A DNA stretch of 56,640 nt from a virus (taxonomy: Duplodnaviria > Caudoviricetes), in IMG/VR virus record IMGVR_UViG_3300008954_002004, positions 1 through 56,640 of that record. The stretch is one strand, 5' to 3'. A model generated the notes under the pieces. The model saw only the letters and a program-made list of their open reading frames with translations. It was not told where the DNA came from and did not search any database. Every line of letters begins with the position of its first letter. Within the stretch, counting starts at the first letter, position 1. The position numbers and the translations under genes were made by a program. Below are positions 48,416 to 56,056 of the stretch, piece after piece.

Positions 48416-49666
48416 ATGGCAAAAGAAATAGTATGCAAACTTGCTCAAATGGGATTAACTGCTCATATGAACGGGTATGTAGCACCATGTAACCTCATTA
48501 ATAAGTATCACCTTCGCAGAGATGAAGACAATGAAATGATACTTCTACGAGATCATAGTTTTGAAGATGCTTGGCATAATAAAATGCGGCATGAGTTATT
48601 AGAGCAACATAAACAAGGTATATGGCCAATTAATTGTGAACAATGTCGCATAAATGAAGAAGGTGGTTCAAAAAGTATGCGAACCATGATTAATGGCGAA
48701 TTAGAAGGCGTTGAACCAATGGAAGACCAACCCAGAGTTTTAGTATTAAAACATGGTAATAAATGTAATAATGCTTGCAGATCATGCCATCCATCAACTA
48801 GTGCTCAATGGTATAAAGATAGTTATAAACTTAAAGATATAAAAGTGCCATTTAAAGATTGGATTAAAAGATATGAATCCTCTGAAACAAGTTTTGATGA
48901 AAACAATCATGAACTACGTAGAGTACTGAGCAATTGGAACGCAGGACTTGTTTTTATAGATTTATATGGTGGTGAGCCATTACTTAATCCTCTCACATAT
49001 GAAATTATTGATCAAAGTGTGGAAACAGGCGTATGTAAAAATCAAATAATAGGTATCCATACAAATTTAACAATTTTTGATGAAACGTTAGTAGATAAAT
49101 TTAGTAAATTTAAACAAGCAATACTAGGTGTAAGTTTTGATGCTATTGGTGAGCAAAATGATTATATTAGACATTTAAGTAAATGGGATGTTGTAGAGTC
49201 TACTTTAGAAAAATATATTGCTCAGGCACGAGTGCATCCAAATATACAAACTGATTTTTCAATTACTACTCAAATATTAAACGTATTTTATCTTCCTGAA
49301 ATTATAGATTATATAGATAAAAAAGGTTGGTGTGTAGACAATGGATTTACAACTTTTACTTTTTCCAATAGAGTTTATGATAAGAAAGAATGCAATATAC
49401 ACTACTTGCCAGAACCAATTAAAGAAGTAGTGAGAGAGAAATTACTAAGTTATAAACCTGATCCAGACACTCCTGTAGGACATATGTGGTATCGTGATTT
49501 AAATGACATAATTCCTACATTAGAAACACATCCTGACAACTATGATCAATGGAAGGATTATTTTTGGAAAATAAATCAAAAACTAGACGAATATCGTAAG
49601 CAAAGTTTTCAAGAAGTTATGCCTGAATATTATCAATTATTTGCTGATTACTATTCTAAAGTGTAG
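48416..49666 (+). CDS. Radical SAM protein with N-terminal twitch/SPASM-like domain
   Basis: C......G.VAPC ... CEQC...E; CNNACRSC.P..S..W; GGEPL; SFDAIG...DYIR. Confidence 0.9.
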   Translation: MAKEIVCKLAQMGLTAHMNGYVAPCNLINKYHLRRDEDNEMILLRDHSFEDAWHNKMRHELLEQHKQGIWPINCEQCRINEEGGSKSMRTMINGELEGVEPMEDQPRVLVLKHGNKCNNACRSCHPSTSAQWYKDSYKLKDIKVPFKDWIKRYESSETSFDENNHELRRVLSNWNAGLVFIDLYGGEPLLNPLTYEIIDQSVETGVCKNQIIGIHTNLTIFDETLVDKFSKFKQAILGVSFDAIGEQNDYIRHLSKWDVVESTLEKYIAQARVHPNIQTDFSITTQILNVFYLPEIIDYIDKKGWCVDNGFTTFTFSNRVYDKKECNIHYLPEPIKEVVREKLLSYKPDPDTPVGHMWYRDLNDIIPTLETHPDNYDQWKDYFWKINQKLDEYRKQSFQEVMPEYYQLFADYYSKV

Positions 49667-50120
49667 CAGAAACACATTCTATAACTGGTTCCATTTCATC
49701 TTCCATTTCCCAATTGCCAACAATATTGCCGCTACGATCAATGACAAATTTATGGAAATTCCAACCAATCCATGCTTTAGATTCAGCAACTAACCATTGC
49801 CAAACTGGTTGAGCAGTTTCACCTTGTACATCATTTTTTTCCATTATTGGAAATGTAACATTATATTTTGATTCACAAAAATTAAGAATTTCTTCATTTG
49901 AACCAGGCTCTTGTTCGCCAAATTGATTACAAGGAAAAGCAATAACAACAAATCCTTTATCTTTATGTTGTTGATAAAGTTCTTGTAATGGCTCATAATG
50001 ACGTGTCCAACCACATTCACTAGCAGTATTTGTAATTAATACTACATTACCTTCACATACATCTTTCATACTAACTTCATTTCCTGATACATCTGTAACA
50101 GTATAATCGTATAAACTCAT
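49656..50120 (-). CDS. Glutathione peroxidase (Cys type)
   Basis: NTASECG.T, FPCNQFG.QEPG, WNF.KF.ID..G. Confidence 0.95.
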   Translation of the reverse strand: MSLYDYTVTDVSGNEVSMKDVCEGNVVLITNTASECGWTRHYEPLQELYQQHKDKGFVVIAFPCNQFGEQEPGSNEEILNFCESKYNVTFPIMEKNDVQGETAQPVWQWLVAESKAWIGWNFHKFVIDRSGNIVGNWEMEDEMEPVIECVSATL

Positions 50121-50159
50121 AATTGACTCCTATAATATACTACTATTTAGTTTTTGGTA

Positions 50160-50234
50160 TGGAGCGGGTAGAGAGAATCGAACTCTCATCTATGCGTTGG
50201 CAACGCACTGTAATAACCATTATACGATACCCGC
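50160..50234 (-). tRNA. tRNA-Gly(GCC)
   Basis: TGCG-TT-GCC-AA-CGCA; U73; CCA. Confidence 0.93.
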
Positions 50235-50237
50235 GTG

Positions 50238-50314
50238 TGGCGGAGCGGACGAGACTCGAACTCGCGACCACCGGCGTGACAGGCCGGTATTCTAACCAAC
50301 TGAACTACCGCTCC
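50238..50314 (-). tRNA. tRNA-Asp(GTC)
   Basis: CCGGC-CT-GTC-AC-GCCGG; G73; CCA. Confidence 0.96.
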
Positions 50315-51279
50315 AATATATTTTCAATATAAGGACTTAATCTATGTGCTATTTTTTTATGACCTTTCTGTGTTGGATGGAAACTAAACGGATTAACTAA
50401 TTTCTCTTTAATTAACTTATCTATTCTTGTATCATCTTTCTTCCATATACTTCTATGATAAGTTTTAGTAATTTGATTTGCTAGAAAAGTCATTAAATCG
50501 CCTTCTATTAAATTTTCTATTGTCAAGGGATATTTATGAGTGTTAAATGTATCAAACCATAAGTTTTTAAAATTATTATTTTTAAAAAAATCATTCCATA
50601 TAAGCATATCTTCTGCAAGTTTTTTGACTTCTATTTCATGATTATATAAATCTAATATTAATACCCTAACTACATCATGTGTATCATTATGACTTACTAA
50701 ATTAGTTTTGCGTTTTAGTCCAAACCCTGTTGGTATGTGTCCTTCTTCATTATTATTAAATACAACACTTTCAAATTTATTTGTTTCATTATACCAAAAT
50801 TCAGTTCTTGCGGTACTTGTAATACCCCACATTATTATAACATTTTTTGCTTGTTTTAATAAATTAATATTTTTAGTATTAGTGAAAAATTCTCTTGCAA
50901 ATCTAAATTGTTTTTGATTACTAGACCCTGGCTTTGAAAAGTTTAAATTTGTAAAATTATACTTGTTTGTTACAAGACCCCTATAACTATAAACATCATT
51001 CCAGTTATTATAATCCTCATTAATTAATATACTAGTTTCAAGATCATCTGCATTTTTAATATTTTCAGTATAACTAGAACCTATACCCCACGTCCAACTA
51101 CATCCAAACGTTATTAATATATTAGATTGCTGTAATTTAGGTATTTGCTCATCAGTAATTTCGTCAAATAATTCAAAATTAGATTTAAAAATATTATTGG
51201 TAGTTAATTTTTCACCAAGAAATGTTTTGTCTTGATGAAAATCATATCCTCTTATCTTATCCATGTATTTGCTCTGCAA
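50305..51279 (-). CDS. SGNH/GDSL-hydrolase-like protein
   Basis: FGCSWT.G, N.S.PGSSN, HP..KGH..IA; stop codon lies inside tRNA-Asp. Confidence 0.7.
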   Translation of the reverse strand: MQSKYMDKIRGYDFHQDKTFLGEKLTTNNIFKSNFELFDEITDEQIPKLQQSNILITFGCSWTWGIGSSYTENIKNADDLETSILINEDYNNWNDVYSYRGLVTNKYNFTNLNFSKPGSSNQKQFRFAREFFTNTKNINLLKQAKNVIIMWGITSTARTEFWYNETNKFESVVFNNNEEGHIPTGFGLKRKTNLVSHNDTHDVVRVLILDLYNHEIEVKKLAEDMLIWNDFFKNNNFKNLWFDTFNTHKYPLTIENLIEGDLMTFLANQITKTYHRSIWKKDDTRIDKLIKEKLVNPFSFHPTQKGHKKIAHRLSPYIENILER

Positions 51280-52687
51280 TCTTTAATAGTGAATTTAATT
51301 CTTGTTTAACTCGTGGTTGTGAATATCCTAACTCTATACTTTTTTCATGTAATTCCACTCTACGTCTTATTCTTTCTCGCAATGTATTTGTTGGATTTAA
51401 ATATGACCCCCATGTATAGAACCCTCCTAAATTTCCTTGTGAAATTAAAGTATCATCATTATATATTTCTAGTTCCTTCATATATTTTATTGTTGTTATT
51501 GGAGTATCCTCCAAAAATATCATTGTATAACCCCAATGAATAAGTTCTAATGTGCCATTTTTCGCATACTTTGCATATCTATCAAGTGCTTTTAAATTCT
51601 CTTCATGATCTTTTATCGTTTCTGTCGGATATCCTACTATCATTAACCAAATATTGCTTATATCATAATAACTACTCTGTTCTATATGATAGTCAATATC
51701 TGTATTACTAAATTTCTTTTTCATATGATAACGAACATCTTGACTAAAACTCTCTATACCAATAGTAACTTGATCACACCCACCATAATACATTGCTTCA
51801 TAATGAGAAGGGGGCATTTGATTTCTAGGTCTACATATTGCTTGACCAGTATATCTTATATCTTTTAGAGATTTATCTTTTTCTTTTTCTTCTGCAAGTA
51901 AACAATTAAATTTATAAAAATTACTTACACTACCATTTATTAAACTATCAGTAAAATCAAATATAGTTGTACCATAGTTGTAAAATTGCTCTTTAATTTC
52001 TTGTACTAAATTTGTTGCTTTCCTATATCTAAACTTTGGCCATAACGCCGCAACATCACAAAATGTACAATTCCTAACACATCCTTTACTACCAGTTATA
52101 TATATTTTGTTAGTATCATAATTATTAAAATCAAAACCATTATAATTTGGTATTGGATATAAACTTATGTCATTATTATAGTCAACCTGTGCATTAATAA
52201 TATTTGCTATATATTGTTCACCATCTTGTTCTAAACATATACCATCTACTAAATCTTCACACCATGCACTAAAACGTATTCTAGTGTCTGGAAATTCACT
52301 AGAACAACCACACCCTCCTACAATAATTTGTGTTGTTCTAGGAATCCTATTATGATATTCTAATAATAATCTCGCTATATTAAGACTCCAATAAGTAAAT
52401 ACACTTATACAAACATAATCAAAATTTAATTGTTTCTTCTCTACTGTTTCAGACCACAAACTGCATATTTTTTGCACTATTGTATTACTAATATCCTCTT
52501 TAATAAACATTAACCAATTATCTAAATCTTCAAATTCTTCATCAGTTAAATTATACCTAATTATAGAAGAAAAATCAATAATTTCTGTTTCACAATTAAA
52601 ATTTAATGCAACTCCATTTAATGCACCTATTGCGGCACTAGGAGATAAGTCATGTTTAGGAAGACTTACAAATAGAAATTTCTTCAT
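51257..52687 (-). CDS. Cobalamin-binding radical SAM protein (class B methyltransferase-like)
   Basis: N-terminal B12-like domain (V.ISVF, IIVGG, DGE); SKGCVRNCTFC; F.DSL.NG; IGIES.S..V...M.K; IVGYP.ET..D. Confidence 0.88.
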   Translation of the reverse strand: MKKFLFVSLPKHDLSPSAAIGALNGVALNFNCETEIIDFSSIIRYNLTDEEFEDLDNWLMFIKEDISNTIVQKICSLWSETVEKKQLNFDYVCISVFTYWSLNIARLLLEYHNRIPRTTQIIVGGCGCSSEFPDTRIRFSAWCEDLVDGICLEQDGEQYIANIINAQVDYNNDISLYPIPNYNGFDFNNYDTNKIYITGSKGCVRNCTFCDVAALWPKFRYRKATNLVQEIKEQFYNYGTTIFDFTDSLINGSVSNFYKFNCLLAEEKEKDKSLKDIRYTGQAICRPRNQMPPSHYEAMYYGGCDQVTIGIESFSQDVRYHMKKKFSNTDIDYHIEQSSYYDISNIWLMIVGYPTETIKDHEENLKALDRYAKYAKNGTLELIHWGYTMIFLEDTPITTIKYMKELEIYNDDTLISQGNLGGFYTWGSYLNPTNTLRERIRRRVELHEKSIELGYSQPRVKQELNSLLKIAEQIHG

Positions 52688-53075
52688 AAATTTTACGCAC
52701 TATGTTTTCATGTGCGTTATTATATCCTATAAACAAATCATAATCCAAATTATTAATATCTGTTATATTACGGGATTTCAATTTAAACTTTATAATATTA
52801 CTAAAGTATCTATCATAAAAGTCATTATCCCAAAAAAACTCAAACATATGATCATAACAATTTATTTCTGCTAACGCATAATTCAATAGATGATTATCTA
52901 TTCTTATTAATGGTTCTATTTTCCACGGTTCAAAAAATATTTTAACATTGCAAGGTTGCAATAATTTTACATAATAACTATTTTTATATTTCTTATACTT
53001 CGCAGGAATATCATCCAATTCTATACGTAACATACTAAAGGGGTATTGAACACTTAAAATATTGTGAATTTTCAT
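52656..53075 (-). CDS. Hypothetical protein
   Basis: 139 aa; overlaps the start of the B12 radical SAM gene. Confidence 0.6.
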   Translation of the reverse strand: MKIHNILSVQYPFSMLRIELDDIPAKYKKYKNSYYVKLLQPCNVKIFFEPWKIEPLIRIDNHLLNYALAEINCYDHMFEFFWDNDFYDRYFSNIIKFKLKSRNITDINNLDYDLFIGYNNAHENIVRKIYEEISICKSS

Positions 53076-53082
53076 AATAAAT

Positions 53083-53157
53083 TGGCTCCCCGGGAAGGAT
53101 TCGAACCTACGACCAAAAGATTAACAGTCTTCTGCGCTACCACTGCGCCACCGGGGA
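53083..53157 (-). tRNA. tRNA-Asn(GTT)
   Basis: GAAGA-CT-GTT-AA-TCTTT; G73; CCA. Confidence 0.94.
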
Positions 53158-53162
53158 AAATC

Positions 53163-53237
53163 TGGTGGGTCCTGTAGGATTTGAACCTACGACCCACGCC
53201 GTGTAAAGGCGTTGCTCTCCCACTGAGCTAAGGACCC
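53163..53237 (-). tRNA. tRNA-Val(TAC)
   Basis: ACGCC-TT-TAC-AC-GGCGT; CCA. Confidence 0.94.
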
Positions 53238-53240
53238 ATC

Positions 53241-53316
53241 TGGTGGAGCTGACAGGGGTCGAACCTGCGACCTCCTCCGTGCAAGGGAGGCGCTCTCCCA
53301 ACTGAGCTACAGCCCC
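53241..53316 (-). tRNA. tRNA-Ala(TGC)
   Basis: CCTCC-CT-TGC-AC-GGAGG; G3:U70 pair; CCA. Confidence 0.96.
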
Positions 53317-53321
53317 CAAAT

Positions 53322-53397
53322 TGGAGCCCGGGAGAAGATTCGAACTTCCGACCTGCTGATTACAAATCAGCTGCTCTGCCAACTGAGCTACCCGGGC
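53322..53397 (-). tRNA. tRNA-Thr(TGT)
   Basis: GCTGA-TT-TGT-AA-TCAGC; CCA. Confidence 0.95.
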
Positions 53398-53407
53398 ATG
53401 TAAATAT

Positions 53408-53746
53408 TTAGTTAAATGTCTTTTCCCACCAGTCTATAAATGGACATGGCAAATAATACTCTATTGAATTTTCCTTTATTTCTACAAAAGATTCTAATCT
53501 ATCATCAGTTATGAAATAATCAATACCACACAATTGTACAGTTTCTAAAATAACAAAGTTATTAAATTTAAACCCAATTATATTCATACCATGATTTTCA
53601 GTAATACTATATGGAATTTCCAACCAAATAGTCTTATTACCATCTATAAAATACTCTGAAGTATTTTCTACTGCTTTATCATTAAATTTAACTTTAATTT
53701 TAGCAGGCTCAACAGATATAAATTTAAAATTAATCCATTCACTCAT
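53408..53746 (-). CDS. Hypothetical protein within the tRNA array
   Basis: ATG at 53746 just after tRNA-Ile(TAT); C-terminal P.PF..W. Confidence 0.6.
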   Translation of the reverse strand: MSEWINFKFISVEPAKIKVKFNDKAVENTSEYFIDGNKTIWLEIPYSITENHGMNIIGFKFNNFVILETVQLCGIDYFITDDRLESFVEIKENSIEYYLPCPFIDWWEKTFN

Positions 53747-53755
53747 AATAATTAT

Positions 53756-53831
53756 TGGTAGGCCTGGTTGGATTCGAACCAACGACCATCGGCATATAAG
53801 ACCGACACTCTCACCGCTGAGTTACAGGCCC
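53756..53831 (-). tRNA. tRNA-Ile with TAT (UAU) anticodon
   Basis: GGGCCTG acceptor; TCGGT-CT-TAT-AT-GCCGA; GTTCGAATCC; A73; CCA. Confidence 0.9.
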
Positions 53832-53833
53832 GT

Positions 53834-53907
53834 TGGCTGGGACACAGGGATTCGAACCCCAACTGACAGAATCAAAATCTGTAGTGCTACCGTTACACTA
53901 TGTCCCA
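53834..53907 (-). tRNA. tRNA-Gln(TTG)
   Basis: ACAGA-TT-TTG-AT-TCTGT; U1-A72, G73; CCA. Confidence 0.94.
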
Positions 53908-53910
53908 ATC

Positions 53911-53987
53911 TGGTCGGGGATGCAGGATTTGAACCTGCGACCTGACGCTCCCAAAGCGCCTGCGCTACCAGACTGCGCTAATCCCCG
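53911..53987 (-). tRNA. tRNA-Pro(TGG)
   Basis: GGCGC-TT-TGG-GA-GCGTC; C1-G72; CCA. Confidence 0.95.
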
Positions 53988-54263
53988 TTATTTTTCCTGT
54001 TTTTTCTTGCCTCTTTTTCGTTTTTTCTTCTTTTCATTCTCTTTTTCTTTCTCAGCAAATTCCTGATTTACTACTTTGGCAATATGAAATCCTCTGCCCT
54101 GATTACCATTTTGAGCAACTTTTTCACAGTTTTTCAAACTAGCAAATCCTTCAAGATACACTCGCCGAGCAACACCTTTTAACTTTGCTTTATCAGCATT
54201 AGCAACTTTACTAATAAGACTCTGTGCTTTTCTTTCTGCTTTTTCATATACATCTACTATCAT
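53988..54263 (-). CDS. Basic hypothetical protein between tRNAs
   Basis: AAGGG RBS before ATG 54263; Lys-rich tail; stop codon abuts tRNA-Pro. Confidence 0.6.
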   Translation of the reverse strand: MIVDVYEKAERKAQSLISKVANADKAKLKGVARRVYLEGFASLKNCEKVAQNGNQGRGFHIAKVVNQEFAEKEKENEKKKKRKRGKKKQEK

Positions 54264-54276
54264 TTTGTTTCCCTTT

Positions 54277-54353
54277 TGGTACACCCAACCGGATTCGAAC
54301 CGGTGTTGCCGCCGTGAAAGGGCGGTGTCCTAGGCCTACTAGACGATGGGTGC
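54277..54353 (-). tRNA. tRNA-Glu(TTC)
   Basis: CCGCC-CT-TTC-AC-GGCGG; CCA. Confidence 0.95.
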
Positions 54354-54361
54354 GTTGTTAA

Positions 54362-54847
54362 TTATTGTACGATTTTCCAAGAACCGTCTGCTTGACGGCA
54401 TGCTGTGCCATAACCTTGAACTGCTTTACCACCAACATAGATCGTTTGAGTAAACTCTCTACATGGGGTTCCATTATTGTTATTAGTTCTCATAACTGTC
54501 ATGGTACCAGATTCATTTGTATTTGGATTAATCCATTTAGTTTGTGCATTGTCAGGTATGCTTTCAAGTGTTGTATGCATATTAGTAGCATTCATTCTTT
54601 GACTTGGCTCTGTTAATACAGCATAATGGCCGCCTGCAAGGGCACCGCCAATTATACCAGTAGCAACCCAAATTTCTTTATTTGAACTGTCCTTGCCAAG
54701 TTCATATGCTAATGCGCCACCTATTAATGCACCTATAACATTACCCGACTCTTCTCGAGTCATGTTTGCACAGCCTGTTGCCAAACACGCAACCATAACA
54801 ACTGCTAATAACTCTCCCATTTTTGATTTCCTCACAATATATCCCAA
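54362..54847 (-). CDS. RT0821/Lpp0805 (rickettsial 17-kDa antigen-like) glycine-zipper lipoprotein
   Basis: Lipobox-like LATGC; G..IGA.IGG..; W.NP....G; CREF.QTI.VGG....YGTACRQ.DGSW.I. Confidence 0.88.
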   Translation of the reverse strand: MGYIVRKSKMGELLAVVMVACLATGCANMTREESGNVIGALIGGALAYELGKDSSNKEIWVATGIIGGALAGGHYAVLTEPSQRMNATNMHTTLESIPDNAQTKWINPNTNESGTMTVMRTNNNNGTPCREFTQTIYVGGKAVQGYGTACRQADGSWKIVQ

Positions 54848-55782
54848 TTATCCTCGATGAGTAAATTACTCACGCTTTCTTCATTATGAACATTTACTAT
54901 CGCTCGTCCAATTAGCGGAGCAATTGTTACATACCTGAGTTGAGAAATACCCGATTCTCTGTTAATTTTGATAGAATCTGTTACTATTAACTCAGTTAAA
55001 TCGCTATTACCAATTTTGTCGTCTGCCTTAGGCGTCAGTACTCCGTGCGTAATATATGCTCTTACTTTAATAGCACCGTGTTCCAACAAAGCCGTGGCCG
55101 CGTTGGCTAGGGTGCCCCCACTGTCTATGATGTCGTCAACGATAATACATTGTTTATCTTTAACGTCACCAACAACATTCATAACCTCACTTGCGCCCGG
55201 TTCTGGGCGTCTTTTATCGATTACAGCAATCTCGGTATCGAACTTTTTAGCATAACTTCGTGCTCGTTCTGTGCCGCCAGCATCTGGACTGACGAATACA
55301 AGATTGTCTGTTTCTATTCTTTTCCGTATATCATTGACTAGGATAGGTCGTGCTATCAAAGTATCTACTGGGATATTAAAAAATCCTTGGATTTGGCCTG
55401 CGTGTAGATCTACTGTTAATACTCTATTTGCGCCTGCCGTTGTTATTAAATCAGCGAGTAGTTTAGCACTAATTGGTGCCCTACTCATTGTTTTTCTGTC
55501 TTGTCTTGCGTAACCAAAGTATGGCAATACTGCTGTTATGCGCCTAGCACTTGCTCTTTTAAGAGCGTCAATCATAACTAGTAATTCCATTACATTATCA
55601 TTGACTGGTGTGCTAGTACTTTGTATTACAAATGCGTCTTTACCTCTGATGTTTTCGTGAATTTCTGCTCTAACCTCGCCGTCAGCAAACCTCCCTATGT
55701 TTGCCTTAACTAGCGGTACACCGGCAAACTGGGATATTCGTTTAGCCAACTCCAGGTTCGAGTTACCTGAAATGAGTTTCAT
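54832..55782 (-). CDS. prs: Ribose-phosphate pyrophosphokinase
   Basis: F.DGE, PYFGYARQDR, DLHAGQIQGFF, VSPDAGG..RA, VDDIIDSGGTL, THGV. Confidence 0.97.
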   Translation of the reverse strand: MKLISGNSNLELAKRISQFAGVPLVKANIGRFADGEVRAEIHENIRGKDAFVIQSTSTPVNDNVMELLVMIDALKRASARRITAVLPYFGYARQDRKTMSRAPISAKLLADLITTAGANRVLTVDLHAGQIQGFFNIPVDTLIARPILVNDIRKRIETDNLVFVSPDAGGTERARSYAKKFDTEIAVIDKRRPEPGASEVMNVVGDVKDKQCIIVDDIIDSGGTLANAATALLEHGAIKVRAYITHGVLTPKADDKIGNSDLTELIVTDSIKINRESGISQLRYVTIAPLIGRAIVNVHNEESVSNLLIEDNWDIL

Positions 55783-55804
55783 TTTATTCAATAGTCTCTT
55801 GTTA

Positions 55805-56056
55805 TTAGTTGAGTATTTCCCAAACACCTTGCCAGCCTGTCATTACTGTTAAAGTATGACCACTTGGATTCCACGGCACTGGACTAAAATGAATTACACC
55901 ACCGCCACCACCAAATGCTCCCTTAGGATAGCCAAACTGCCCAGCAAAGTATTTGTCATTTATTTTGCATAAGTACCACTTATTAAAAAGTTGTTCTGCC
56001 TGTTGTTGTCGAGTTAACATAAAGAGATATTCTAAATTAATCTCTCTTAATTCCAT
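55805..56056 (-). CDS. Hypothetical protein
   Basis: 83 aa; overlaps both neighbours. Confidence 0.5.
   Translation of the reverse strand: MELREINLEYLFMLTRQQQAEQLFNKWYLCKINDKYFAGQFGYPKGAFGGGGGVIHFSPVPWNPSGHTLTVMTGWQGVWEILN

Noticed and set aside
49656-50120. Selenocysteine GPx or stop-codon recoding
   Set aside because: The catalytic residue is a TGT Cys. Recognisable genes end at expected lengths on TAA, TAG or TGA. The TGA and TAG anticodons are ordinary Ser and Leu tRNAs, not suppressors
50123-54066. ORFs 50123-50332, 53137-53382 and 53833-54066, and the N-terminal extensions of 42385-42996 and 53408-53782
   Set aside because: They run through tRNA genes and are translation artefacts
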